Notes: generated by a model not told the origin, from the sequence alone. A DNA stretch of 64,000 nt from Nitrospirota bacterium (GCA_963751455.1 CAVVUN010000015.1:1088001-1152000), one strand, 5' to 3'; positions 11,401 through 22,203 are shown, counted from the stretch's first letter. Numbers and translations are program-made.

Positions 11401-14400
11401 ACTGCACGTTTGCCGCAATGACGCCGGTGAACCAGCCGCCCACTAAAGGCAATCTCACCCGCATTGTCCGCTGGTTCGATGGAGGAACGAACCCGGAAGT
11501 GCGTATGGCGTTCGATGCCTATGGGAATCTTGTCTGCACACAGGACCCCAAGGGAAATATTTCTACTATTGGATACGACAGTACGAACACATTTTCTACA
11601 ATTGCAAAAAACCCCCGGCCCTTCGAACACATTACCAGAACCGAATATTATGGGGTCGACGGAGTGCTTGCCGACAGTGGTCTTTACGGGCAGGTAAAAA
11701 AGGTTACCGACCCGAACCTTGCAGTCACTACGACGGAATACGACGTTTTCGGCCGGCCGGTCAAAACAGCCGCGCCTGACGGAGGATGGACCAGCCGATC
11801 GTATATCGATTTCGGCATTGTCGGGCAGCAGCATGTCAGAGAAGACACATCGGTAGGGCTGTCGACGTGGTCGTATTTCGACGGTTTTGGCCGAACGACA
11901 ACTGTAGAAAAGACGGGGCCTGATTCAAAAACCATAAAGGCCGTGACGCAATATAACGCGACCGGGACAGTTTTGCGGACTTCCTTGCCTTATTTCAAAG
12001 GAAGCGACGACCTTGCCAGTTGGGCGTCATACACTTATGATCCACTGGGTCGGACTGCTCAGGTCAGCAAACCGGATGGAACGCTCACGCTTAGCTGCTA
12101 CAATGACGGTGTAACCGTATCCATAGATGCGAATGGTCACCGAAGGCGAGAAACCAGGGACGCTTCCGGCCGTTTAGTAAAAGTGGATGAATATTTAAAC
12201 GCCGCCTTCACCGAATGTAAAACAGACGTAGGGAGCCCTTATGCCACGACCACGTATCAGTATGACATAATGGGAAATCTTCGTTTTGTCATCGACGCTG
12301 CAAATCAGACTCAGCTGACGTACAATATCGAGATGCAGTACGACACCCTGGGCAGGAAGACCTTCATGCACGATCCCGACATGAGCAGCGCGCCGACCGG
12401 AACCAACGGCAACTGGACATATGGATATGATGCCAACGGAAATTTAATATCGCAGAAAGACGCAAAGGGACAGACCATCAGTTTTATTTACGACAACCTG
12501 AACAGAGTGACAAGGAAAATCGCGCCTACCCCGATTACGTATTATTACGACTTACCAACATCCACCTACAGCAAGGGCAGGCTTTCAAAGGTCACGGACG
12601 GTTCAGGCCAGATAGTCTATCACTATGACAAGAAGGGCAGGGTCACGAAGACAGTGCAGACTGTGAATGCAGTCAATTACACCACAGAGTACGGCTACGA
12701 TCATATTGACCGGGTGACCACCATAAAATATCCCGGAACTTCCCCGGAGACCGTCACGTACACGTACAATGCCGATTTGCTTTCCCAGGTCACAGGGTCC
12801 AACCCCACACCCTACGCATCCTACACGAACTACAACGCCCTCGGCCAGCCGGAAACACTCACATACGGAAACGGCGTAATCACAACTTACCAGTACCACG
12901 AGAACAACAATAGGGTCAAGTCCATAGAAACGGCCAAACCCGGCCAGCCAGAGCTTCTGAACCTCTTCTACGGATACGACAACGTGGGCAATATAACCGG
13001 AATTACCGACAGCCTTGACGCCACCCGCTCGCAGGCCTTCATCTATGACGACCTGAACCGGCTCTGGCAGGCTCAGAGCACGAGCTACGGAACGCTCTCG
13101 TACGCTTACGATCAAATCGGAAACATCACTTCAAAAGAAGGCGTAACTTACATCTACGATCAGACCGGCCTCAAGCCCCATGCGGTACGAAGCACACTTC
13201 CCGACGGCAAGACTTACAACTACGACTCCAACGGCAATATGCTCACGGACGGCGCCCGGGTAGTCGTATACAACGAAGACAACATGCCCAAGACAGTGAC
13301 CGCCTATGGAAATACAACAAACTTTACTTACGATTACAAAGGCCAGAGAGTGAAAAAGGCGAGCTCAAACGGAACAACTATTTACATCGGCAAGCTTTAC
13401 GAATGCAGGCCGGGCGGTGAATGTTCAAAGTATATTTTCGCCGGAGGCCAGCGAATTGCACAGAAAGCTGGTACAAGCGTGTATTACTACCACCAGGACC
13501 ACCTTGGAAGCACAAGCGTCGTGACGGACCCCGACGGGAACAAGGAAGAAGAAATAACCTACTATCCCTTTGGCGGAACAAGAACGGATACCGGGGCTAC
13601 CGGCGGGTCAAACATGACCCACAAATACACATCTCAAGAGTTCGATGCCGAGACAGGGCTGTACAATTACAATGCAAGGTTCTATAATCCAAGCTTGGGG
13701 CGGTTCATCAGCGCGGATTCGATAGTTCAGAATTATGCAGATCCGCAGTCGTTTAATCGATATAGCTATGTTAGAAATAACCCTTTAAGTTATACAGACC
13801 CGTCAGGACACTATTATGATCCTGGGCTAATCGGAGCTGCCATAGGAGCAGTACTGGGGGCATATTCTGCGCATCAACAAGGCGGTGTATGGTGGAAGGG
13901 TGCAATAGCCGGTGCTATAGCAGGCTATGTGGCCGGTGAGACCGGGGAATGGGCTTATAATGCCACTCCTGCAGGCTGGGGTGCGTGGTCATATTTCATA
14001 GCCGGCGTAGCGGGTGGTACGGCAGGCGGGGCAGCCGGAGGCGCAGCAAATGCGGCGCTGAATGGTGGTGATACCTGGGACCAGGTTTATCATGGTGCAT
14101 ATTACGGCGCAGTCGGTGGAGCAGTTGGAGGAGCCGTGGGAAGCGCGCTCTCAGGGGTTAACGGTTACCTTGCTGCAATAGCTGGGGGAGTTGCCGGGGG
14201 ATATGCAGGTGGGTACACTGCATGCGGGAGTGCTTGCGCACAGAAAGATGCTTGGTACGGGTTTGTTGCAGCGGTTGTTGCGACAAGCATTAAAAGTCAA
14301 GGTTTAGAACAGCAGAGCGGACAATCCAATGGAACCATGTGCTCTGACAAAGACCCAATAGTGTCCGATCCTAATGTTCGTTCTGCTATGGATAAGGCAT

Positions 14401-14711
14401 GGCAAAACTCAAATCCTGGGACAAAAAACGCTGTAGAACAAGGTGGATGGATTACAAAAAAAGGTGACTCTTACGGAGTGAGCTCATGGCCTTCTGGGCA
14501 GGGTTCAAGTATAAGTCCTTCACTAATGCCAAATAATGCAGCAGGGCAGTTTCATACACACCCCAATATTGGTCCTGGATGGAATCCAGAACCTAGTGGG
14601 GCCGATATAAGAGCAACAAGACATTTTGGTGTCCCCGGATATGTCATTAATACTAATGGCATAGTAAGAGTTGATCCGAGAACAGGAGGATGTTGTTATG
14701 TGGTTCGCTAA
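8451..14711 (+). CDS. Secreted Rhs/YD-repeat polymorphic toxin (signal peptide, SpvB-like domain, 7 FG-GAP repeats, TcdB-mid-like region, Rhs core, JAB-like C-terminal tip)
   Basis: ATG 8451 with SD GGAGG; signal peptide ending AFA; GWLGVGW; GDFNGDGKTD x7; YYHQDHLGS; NPLSYTDPSG; tip E...HTHP...PSGAD. Confidence 0.93.
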   Translation: MGRIFFHANKSFKLFLLICMLALIAVSSTPAFAEDGAGSGQSKQNYKVQLSGGSGGASGTAMPDLSTGTMSYSIPIEVPVGRKGMDPGLALAYRSNNGNGWLGVGWELEAGSIERSTKHGLSYTEADGYILRMAGATIDLINISENEYRAKIEGAFLKVRKILNQDGSPNYWEVYDKKGAKLTFGKTSYGTATPKQDDPSNGNRVFKWCLDSVEDTNGNYMTFSYVKEVQGHAYEGQVYLNQISYTANTDGTPATNYVNFHLESRTDVPDMYTINFRVRTAFRLKTIDVIANGNRVRAYKLIYDTDPNTAGDQYSLNTTRSLLTSVQQFGKDADVDENGTVTGDNSLPAIALKPGTGANSFVDSLWSTTTTSWDPSFNWTGDFNGDGKTDLAAGYPEGTVKVWRANAEGTGFIDSIWSSTTTSWDPSFNWTGDFNGDGKTDLAAGFSDGTVGTVKVWLANADGTGFIDPDPNHPWSTSTNNWDPRFNWTGDFNGDGKTDLAAGFSDGTVKVWRANAEGTGFIDSIWSSTTTSWDPSFNWTGDFNGDGKTDLAAGFSDGTVGTVNVWLANADGTGFIDPDPEHPWSETTNGWDPKYVWTGDFNGDGKTDLAAGFSDGTVGTVKVWISTGTGFMDPDQPWSFTTNGWDYKFAWTGDFNGDGKTDLAAGFQDGAVGTVKVWVSTGSSFIDPDQPWSYTTSNWNPSFNWTGDFNGDGKTDLAAGYSDPSVKVWLSNTFPVDLLTKISNGLGGTTSVGYTPSTQYANTQLPFPIQTVSSVSITDDIASSATATTTYTYSGGYYDIGERDLRGFNYVKVTGPVGPDGEQLITETWFHRGNDTGTIDIANPSLYVDNPSGNDGYMKGKPYYSRLIDAQGREYSKTTTIYSAGSGTPYLNPPQEVHAYLCDGDACTRETKSIYNYDAYGNVTLEEHYGDVNDVTDNRRIERSYLPNTEKWILGLPASETIYSGITTTAMAAETTFYYDESVNCTFAAMTPVNQPPTKGNLTRIVRWFDGGTNPEVRMAFDAYGNLVCTQDPKGNISTIGYDSTNTFSTIAKNPRPFEHITRTEYYGVDGVLADSGLYGQVKKVTDPNLAVTTTEYDVFGRPVKTAAPDGGWTSRSYIDFGIVGQQHVREDTSVGLSTWSYFDGFGRTTTVEKTGPDSKTIKAVTQYNATGTVLRTSLPYFKGSDDLASWASYTYDPLGRTAQVSKPDGTLTLSCYNDGVTVSIDANGHRRRETRDASGRLVKVDEYLNAAFTECKTDVGSPYATTTYQYDIMGNLRFVIDAANQTQLTYNIEMQYDTLGRKTFMHDPDMSSAPTGTNGNWTYGYDANGNLISQKDAKGQTISFIYDNLNRVTRKIAPTPITYYYDLPTSTYSKGRLSKVTDGSGQIVYHYDKKGRVTKTVQTVNAVNYTTEYGYDHIDRVTTIKYPGTSPETVTYTYNADLLSQVTGSNPTPYASYTNYNALGQPETLTYGNGVITTYQYHENNNRVKSIETAKPGQPELLNLFYGYDNVGNITGITDSLDATRSQAFIYDDLNRLWQAQSTSYGTLSYAYDQIGNITSKEGVTYIYDQTGLKPHAVRSTLPDGKTYNYDSNGNMLTDGARVVVYNEDNMPKTVTAYGNTTNFTYDYKGQRVKKASSNGTTIYIGKLYECRPGGECSKYIFAGGQRIAQKAGTSVYYYHQDHLGSTSVVTDPDGNKEEEITYYPFGGTRTDTGATGGSNMTHKYTSQEFDAETGLYNYNARFYNPSLGRFISADSIVQNYADPQSFNRYSYVRNNPLSYTDPSGHYYDPGLIGAAIGAVLGAYSAHQQGGVWWKGAIAGAIAGYVAGETGEWAYNATPAGWGAWSYFIAGVAGGTAGGAAGGAANAALNGGDTWDQVYHGAYYGAVGGAVGGAVGSALSGVNGYLAAIAGGVAGGYAGGYTACGSACAQKDAWYGFVAAVVATSIKSQGLEQQSGQSNGTMCSDKDPIVSDPNVRSAMDKAWQNSNPGTKNAVEQGGWITKKGDSYGVSSWPSGQGSSISPSLMPNNAAGQFHTHPNIGPGWNPEPSGADIRATRHFGVPGYVINTNGIVRVDPRTGGCCYVVR
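9530..10640 (+). repeat. Seven tandem FG-GAP/VCBS coding repeats
   Basis: TGGACAGG(C/G)GA(T/C)TT(T/C)AACGG recurs 7 times; one two-unit block is duplicated at a 327 bp period (9643 vs 9970). Confidence 0.9.
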
Positions 14712-15018
14712 TAGGCTTTTTTTATATTTATTGTTACTGTTCATTTCTGACATTCATTCTGATGGCTTATTAAGTGCAGATACTGGGGGAATAAATATAA
14801 TGAGTAATCAAGATAGCTTAATACTTACAGCCCGGGAGCTTGCTGAAAAGGAGGGTATAAATGTTAATGACTGTAATGCGGAAATCGTTTATGAAAACAA
14901 TCATACTATTGTAGAATTTTATCCAAAAAATCCTTCTCAATTTGGCGGAGGAGGACGAGTTTATTTTAAGAAAGAAAACGATAAATATAAATTTTTAAAA
15001 ATTGAACATTGGCAATAG
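14698..15018 (+). CDS. Putative immunity protein for the JAB-like tip
   Basis: Overlaps the toxin stop; ATG 14698 with SD AGGAGG (alternative ATG 14800); small and AT-rich. Confidence 0.65.
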   Translation: MWFANRLFLYLLLLFISDIHSDGLLSADTGGINIMSNQDSLILTARELAEKEGINVNDCNAEIVYENNHTIVEFYPKNPSQFGGGGRVYFKKENDKYKFLKIEHWQ

Positions 15019-15564
15019 GAATAAGTCACACTACCGCTTCTTTAAATTGTTGTTGACAAAGGGCCTTTTAATGAAAAGGCAAGAACTCCCTGCGCTCTTG
15101 GCGCAGAGATGAATTGCCTATCACGCGAAGCGCGATGAGAGGAATCTATAGGGTCACCCATTTAAAGGTCACAGAATCTACGGAGAAGGTGATCACAATG
15201 GGGATGGTATAATCGATGCGAGGGACCCAAAACATCCGGCCAATAAAATCTGCACAAACTGTCATGATGGGCCTATTCTCCCTGAAGGTCGATGCCCATA
15301 TTGCTACACACCTTGGATAGAGTAAAAAATAGTTCTCTCTGTAAACGTAATTATTTTAGATGTAATAGATTAAGAGAAGAAGGGATCTGGAGTCCAGCGA
15401 CTATTGTGAAATCCGCCAGTTTGGGTGGATGCAGAGACAAGCCACATGGCATAACTAGCAAGAATAAAAACGAAAAACGCGTAGTACAAGATAGATGGAC
15501 TAGGCACTCAAAGACAGGGACGCGAAGAGCACAACGCTTTTAAAGTAAACTTATCGGAGGACAT

Positions 15565-15873
15565 ATGAATGCGACTAACAAATTTGTTACCATTTGGTTC
15601 AATACAGCATTATTTGTTTATCTAATAATAACTATGATTGTCGATGTTCTATTCAGCGCACAAGCCAAAAAAGTTCCATGGGATGACTTCTACGATATGT
15701 TTCCTGTCGTCGCGGTGATAGTTGCAGCTCTTCTGTTTGTTATTGTGATATTCGTTGGTGCGATGCTATTGAAGCACTTTTGGAATAATATAATTTCTGA
15801 CATTTTCAAGTTACGCGAAATTAATTTTGCAGAAGCTTTAGCAATTACAATGGTTGCTACCATTCTCGCTTGA
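15565..15873 (+). CDS. Small membrane protein, candidate orphan immunity gene
   Basis: SD GGAGG; three hydrophobic segments; AT-rich. Confidence 0.7.
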   Translation: MNATNKFVTIWFNTALFVYLIITMIVDVLFSAQAKKVPWDDFYDMFPVVAVIVAALLFVIVIFVGAMLLKHFWNNIISDIFKLREINFAEALAITMVATILA

Positions 15874-15891
15874 GAAGCTATTAGGGAAATG

Positions 15892-18800
15892 GGTAGACCT
15901 GTTGACTAGGGTCTCTAACGGTTTGGGCGGCGCCACTTCGATCGGCTACACTCCTTCAACGCAATACGCTAACACTCAATTACCCTTCCCGATCCAGACC
16001 GTCAGCTCGGTTGCCATAACCGATGATATTGCGTCATCAGCAACAGCAACGACGACGACTTACACCTATTCCGGCGGGTATTATGATATCGGCGAACGCG
16101 ACCTCCGGGGTTTCAATTATGTAAAAGTTACCGGGCCAGTCGGCCCGGACGGCGAACAGCTCATTACCGAAACATGGTTCCACTGCGGCAATGATACCGG
16201 TACAGTCGATATAGCAAACCCATCGCTTTATGTAGACAACCCTTCAGGCAATGACGGTTATATGAAAGGCAAGCCTTACTATTCTCGCCTGATTGATGCG
16301 CAAGGCCGGGAATATTCTAAAACAACAACGATATATAGTGCCGGCAGCGGAACGCCCTATTTCAATCCGCCGCAGGAAGTCCATGCATATATTTGTGATG
16401 GCGACGCTTGTACCAGAGAGACAAAAAGCATTTACAACTACGATGCATTCGGCAACGTGACGCGTGAAGAGCATTTCGGCGATGTGAACGATGATACCGA
16501 CGACCGCAGAGTTGAAAGGAGCTATTTACCGAATACGGAGAAATGGATTCTTAGCCTGCCCGCGAGCGAGACAATATATAGCGGCATCACCACCACTGCC
16601 ATGGCAGCTGAAACAACATTCTATTATGACGAGTCAGTGAACTGCACGTTTGCCGCAATGACGCCGGTGAACCAGCCGCCCACTAAAGGCAATCTCACCC
16701 GCATTGTCCGCTGGTTCGATGGAGGAACGAACCCGGAAGTGCGTATGGCGTTCGATGCCTATGGGAATCTTGTCTGCACACAGGACCCCAAGGGAAATAT
16801 TTCTACTATTGGATACGACAGTACGAACACATTTTCTACAATTGCAAAAACCCCCCGGCCCTTCGAACACATTACCAGAACCGAATATTATGGGGTCGAC
16901 GGAGTGCTTGCCGACAGTGGTCTTTACGGGCAGGTAAAAAAGGTTACCGACCCGAACCTTGCAGTCACTACGACGGAATACGACGTTTTCGGCCGGCCGG
17001 TCAAAACAACCGCGCCTGACGGAGGATGGACCAGCCGATCGTATATCGATTTCGGCATTGTCGGGCAGCAGCATGTCAGAGAAGACACATCGGTAGGGCT
17101 GTCGACGTGGTCGTATTTCGACGGTTTTGGCCGAACGACAACTGTAGAAAAGACGGGGCCTGATTCAAAAACCATAAAGGCCGTGACGCAATATAACGCG
17201 ACCGGGACAGTTTTGCGGACTTCCTTGCCTTATTTCAAAGGAAGCGACGACCTTGCCAGTTGGGCGTCATACACTTATGATCCACTGGGTCGGACTGCTC
17301 AGGTCAGCAAACCGGATGGAACGCTCACGCTTAGCTGCTACAATGACGGTGTAACCGTATCCATAGATGCGAATGGTCACCGAAGGCGAGAAACCAGGGA
17401 CGCTTCCGGCCGTTTAGTAAAAGTGGATGAATATTTAAACGCCGCCTTCACCGAATGTAAAACAGACGTAGGGAGCCCTTATGCCACGACCACGTATCAG
17501 TATGACATAATGGGAAATCTTCGTTTTGTCATCGACGCTGCAAATCAGACCCAACTGACGTACAATACCGAGATGCAGTACGACACCCTGGGCAGGAAGA
17601 CCTTCATGCACGATCCCGACATGAGCAGCGCGCCGACCGGAACCAACGGCAACTGGACATATGGATATGATGCCAACGGAAATTTAATATCGCAGAAAGA
17701 CGCAAAGGGACAGACCATCAGTTTTATTTACGACAACCTGAACAGAGTGACAAGGAAAATCGCGCCTACCCCGATTACGTATTATTACGACTTACCAACA
17801 TCCACCTACAGCAAGGGCAGGCTTTCAAAGGTCACGGACGGTTCAGGCCAGATAGTCTATCACTATGACAAGAAGGGCAGGGTCACGAAGACAGTGCAGA
17901 CTGTGAATGCAGTCAATTACACCACAGAGTACGGCTACGATCATATCGACCGGGTGACCACCATAAAATATCCTGGAACTTCTCCGGAGACGGTCACGTA
18001 CACGTATAATGCCGATTTGCTTTCTCAGGTCACAGGGTCCAACCCCACACCCTACGCATCCTACGGGAACTACAATGCCCTCGGCCAGCCGGAAACAGTC
18101 ACATACGGAAACGGCGTAGTAACGGCTTACGAGTACTACGAGAACAACAATAGGGTCAAGTCCATAGAAACGGCCAAACCCGGCCAGCCCGAGCTTCTGA
18201 ACCTCTTCTACGGATACGACTACGTGGGCAATATAACCGGAATTACCGACAGCCTTGATGCCACCCGCTCGCAGGCCTTCATCTATGACGACCTGAACCG
18301 GCTCTGGGAGGCCCAGAGCACAAGCTACGGCACGCTCTGGTACAATTACGACCAGATCGGAAACATCACTTTAAAAGAAGGCATCACATATACATATGAT
18401 CCGGACGGCCTTAAGCCCCATGCTGTAAGGAGCACGTCCGACGGCAAGACCTACAACTACGACCCAAATGGCAATATGCTCACAGACGGCACGCGTATTA
18501 TTGTATACAATGAAGATAACATGCCCAAGACAGTGACCGCCTATGGAAAGACCACAAACTTTACCTACGATTACAAAGGCCAGCGAGTGAAAAAGGCGGT
18601 CTCAAACGAGACAACTATTTACATCGGCAAGCTTTACGAATGCAGGCCGGGCGGTGAATGTTCAAAGTATATTTTCGCCGGAGGCCAGCGAATTGCACAG
18701 AAAGCCGGTACAAGCGTGTATTACTACCATCAGGACCACCTTGGAAGCACAAGCGTCGTGACGGACCCCGACGGGAACAAGGAAGAAGAAATAACCTACT

Positions 18801-19912
18801 ATCCCTTTGGCGGAACAAGAACGGATACCGGGGCTACCGGCGGGTCAAACATGGGTCACAAATATACGTCGCAGGAATTCGATGATCAAACAGGACTGTA
18901 CAATTATAACGCAAGGTTCTATAATCCCAGCTTAGGGCGGTTTATTAGTGCGGATACAATAGTGCCCAGCCCTTCAGATCCACAGTCTTTTAATCGGTAT
19001 TCGTATGTGCTGAATAACCCGATTAATTATACAGACCCATCAGGTCATTATTGTGGCGAGTGCATTGCAGCGGGAGTTGGAGCAGTAATAGGCGCCTACA
19101 TGGCCGAGCGGCAGGGCGGAGTTTGGTGGAAGGGCGCGATAGTCGGCGCCGTAGCAGGTTATACAGGAGCATGGGCTTATGGTGCAACTACTTCAGCTTT
19201 AACTAGCGCAGGATACAGCTCTTGGTTTGCGGGTTTTGTGGGTGCAACAGCCGCCGGAGCAGCAGGCGGTGCAGCCGGTGGAGCAGCAAATGCTGCCGTG
19301 TATGGTGGTAATACCTGGGACCAAGTTTATCACGGAGCGTATTATGGTGCAGTCGGTGGAGCGGTTGGAGGCGCTGTTGGAAGCGCACTCTCTAGTATGG
19401 GAGTTTATGGCTACATAGCGGGAGCGGCCGCTGGAGCTGCCGGAGCATATGCTGGGGGATACACGGCATGTGGGAGCGCCTGCGCACAAAAAAATGCTTG
19501 GTATGGATTTGTAGCCGCGGTAATGGCGCAGAGTTTACATGCCGCAGCCGCGGACGAGCCAACAGAAAACACGCAGACTGATAATCCTGGTAAAGCTGAA
19601 CAGGAAAAGGCGATAAAAATTTATCAACAATCGAAGCAAAATCAGTCTCAACTGAAAGTAAACGTAGCAGGAACACATGCTGCATCTGGAGCGATCGAAA
19701 TTGGAAAGATTGGTATGGAACTCGCTGAGCTTGCACCTGAAATATACAAAACAACGAAGATCATGGCTGAATTAGACTATACCTACTTTAAGGAAACAGG
19801 CATGCATTATCCTTATTCCCCAGGTTCGGCCGTTAACTGGACTACCGTTAATTGGAACCTTTATGATCAGGGTAATTTCGGTGCTACCTGGAATAATATT
19901 CTTTCTCGTTAA
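15892..19912 (+). pseudogene. 5'-truncated (orphan) Rhs copy with an alternative C-terminal tip
   Basis: Open frame near-identical to 10655-~14280 (offset ~5240); lacks signal peptide, SpvB-like and FG-GAP regions and a credible start; NPINYTDPSG. Confidence 0.85.
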
Positions 19913-20010
19913 AATGTTTTGAAAGCTGAAAATGCTGTTGCTGTAGTAGAATTCTAAAATGCTTTTAATATTGGAATGGATAATGGTCCCAAGAGATAGG
20001 AGAGGGGGGT

Positions 20011-20898
20011 ATGAGCATTCTTCACGCCCTAGATATTTATGCGGTTTCAAAGTTGGGTTCATATGCAGTTGTCTATTTCAGCTTCGTTAGTTATCTTCCG
20101 TTACTGACGACCTTTAGTATCCTTTTGCTTGCGATTTATATTTTAAAGAAGAAGCAGACAGAAAACCCAGACGGGACAAATATAAAATCGTTGACAGTAA
20201 CGGTTTATGCCGCACTCCTTGCGGCATATGCGGGCGTTTGTTTGTATGACATCTCAATATTAGCGTCCATGAACCGGTGGTTTCAGCGTGATGATTTCCA
20301 GGCGCGCCTTCTATTTCTTTTAAGCGCGCGGAATGTAGCAATAGAGTCTGCAATAAAATATCTATTGTTGCTGACCGTACTGATCATAATGCTTTACAAG
20401 AGAAATAAACGCCTATTGTCTGCTCTTTTTTCCCGGCCAAAGACTCTTTTCAGACATACACTATTTCTGTATTGTGCAAACACCGTCGCTATACTCGTTC
20501 TGGGGTTCGTTATCTCAAAAGCATTTAATCAGCCAGAAGGGATTTCATTAAAGGCTGTAACAACTGCATTGTCGGCAAGTTATTCATCTGTTGCCATACT
20601 GTATCTATTTTTTCAAGCAATGATAATTTCAATCAGTGAGGAGCTTCTTTTCCGGGGCGTTATCTATACTGGACTAAGAATCAGGATTGGAACTATGTTG
20701 GCCACAATCGCAGCATCGGGATTGTTTGTATTGTATCACTACAATGCGCTGGCCGAACCTCTTTACGGGATCTACTATTTTTCAGCAGGTTTGCTTTTGA
20801 CTTTTTTGTATCGGCAAGCCGGCTCACTCTACCCACCAGCAGCAGTCCATGCTACGGTTTTGATTTTGCCCGGCGTTAAGAATTTTATAATAAATTGA
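20011..20898 (+). CDS. CPBP/CAAX (Abi) family intramembrane metalloprotease
   Basis: EELLFRG, FVLYH and AVH motifs; multiple TM segments; SD upstream. Confidence 0.88.
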   Translation: MSILHALDIYAVSKLGSYAVVYFSFVSYLPLLTTFSILLLAIYILKKKQTENPDGTNIKSLTVTVYAALLAAYAGVCLYDISILASMNRWFQRDDFQARLLFLLSARNVAIESAIKYLLLLTVLIIMLYKRNKRLLSALFSRPKTLFRHTLFLYCANTVAILVLGFVISKAFNQPEGISLKAVTTALSASYSSVAILYLFFQAMIISISEELLFRGVIYTGLRIRIGTMLATIAASGLFVLYHYNALAEPLYGIYYFSAGLLLTFLYRQAGSLYPPAAVHATVLILPGVKNFIIN

Positions 20899-20907
20899 TA
20901 TATAGAA

Positions 20908-21102
20908 ATGGCGAAAGATAACCTCATTAGACTTCTTTTCTACCATGTTTACCTTCTATTCGTTCTTGGTTTTTGCTTGATCATATTTGCAAAATGGGTT
21001 TCTGCAGCAGCAGACGAACTGATCACTTCAAATCTCGTGAGACTCGCAGGAGCGATGATTGTGCTTCTTAGCGTTGTCCTTTTTCTTTGCGGCCATCGAT
21101 AG
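20908..21102 (+). CDS. Small two-TM protein
   Basis: 64 aa with two hydrophobic helices, 9 nt after the CPBP stop. Confidence 0.5.
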   Translation: MAKDNLIRLLFYHVYLLFVLGFCLIIFAKWVSAAADELITSNLVRLAGAMIVLLSVVLFLCGHR

Positions 21103-21135
21103 AGTACCGACTCGATGTTCCCGGCGCTTTTCAAT

Positions 21136-21316
21136 CAACGAATTTTGGGTGGAGGAGAATTTGGCAACCAGATTCTGAAAGAAGCAGAAGAACGACACCC
21201 GCGCCAACTTAAACACAAGCGATCAGGAAAAAACCATACAGAAGATTATCGATGAAAAATGTCGAAGGAGCGCAATAAATCCGCTTGAACTGCAGAGCGA
21301 CGGCAAACGCAGGGAT
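21136..21316 (+). pseudogene. Probable C-terminal relic of a REP-associated (Y1) transposase
   Basis: QRILGGGEFGNQILKEAEER, then after a frameshift TIQKIIDEKCRRSAINPLEL; resembles RAYT C-terminal extensions from recall. Confidence 0.4.
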
Positions 21317-21482
21317 ATGGGTGGAGTGGAAACATATTGTGCCGCAACGTGCTGGTGGTCGTTTCTTTTCGCCTATTTGGATTGGCTACGGGCTATATTA
21401 AGCTACTTAATAACTTTAGCAACCACATTTTCTGAGAGTGAAAAAATTTCCAATTATGTGAGAACGCAATGATGGGGCCGGC

Positions 21483-22157
21483 GTGCAGGGCTTAGCTTTC
21501 TTTTGGAATCAAATAAGAATTATAATCAAAATTGTTAGTATGATTTTCAGTATGTTCTTGACTGGAGAGAGCATAAAAAATATAAAATCAATGTGCTTCG
21601 TTGAGTATGCACATCACTTGTATGATAATGGGGATGACGAACAGGCTGTTAAATTTTACAATAAATCAATTAATCTAAACTCAAATTATTATGCATACGG
21701 CGGTATAGCAGCAATACTTCTCAAAAGAAAACAATTTAAAGAGGCTTTAAATTATTGCAAACAGGCCGACTCCGTTAAAGCAAACATTTTGATCGATATA
21801 ATGTTATATATAATTTATAATGCAATGGGTGAAATTAATTCGGCAAAAATAATGTTTGAGAAAATATTAAAATATTTTAAAAATAATCAGGCAGCAGCAT
21901 ATGATCGAGTCGCTTATTCATATTTCCAATTAAGCATGTTTCACGAGGCAGAGTATTATTCTAAACAAGCCTTGCAAATTTTGCCTAAAGAGGCTGGAAT
22001 TCACTATAACCTCGCCCAGATATACTTAGCTCAAGAAAAATTGTCAGACGCAAAAAAAGAGCTTCAGGAAGTGCTAGGCTTTGCAAGCAATAAGCGATAT
22101 AAAAAATATGCAGCCGATAAACTGAAAAATCTGAACAAACGTTTACAACATGCATGA
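21483..22157 (+). CDS. Tetratricopeptide repeat protein
   Basis: TPR-like helices (YYSKQALQILPKEAGIHYNLAQIY); start uncertain. Confidence 0.75.
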   Translation: MQGLAFFWNQIRIIIKIVSMIFSMFLTGESIKNIKSMCFVEYAHHLYDNGDDEQAVKFYNKSINLNSNYYAYGGIAAILLKRKQFKEALNYCKQADSVKANILIDIMLYIIYNAMGEINSAKIMFEKILKYFKNNQAAAYDRVAYSYFQLSMFHEAEYYSKQALQILPKEAGIHYNLAQIYLAQEKLSDAKKELQEVLGFASNKRYKKYAADKLKNLNKRLQHA

Positions 22158-22203
22158 TTCAATAAGTTTAATCGAGATATTAAATTATTTCCAATATTAA
22201 ATT

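Noticed and set aside
15251-15265. c-type cytochrome based on the CTNCH motif
   Set aside because: The frame has no start or signal peptide, and a second CxxC suggests a zinc-ribbon-like relic
10655-19520. Diversity-generating retroelement TR/VR pair
   Set aside because: Differences between the Rhs copies are not adenine-specific, the repeat is kilobases long, and there is no reverse transcriptase
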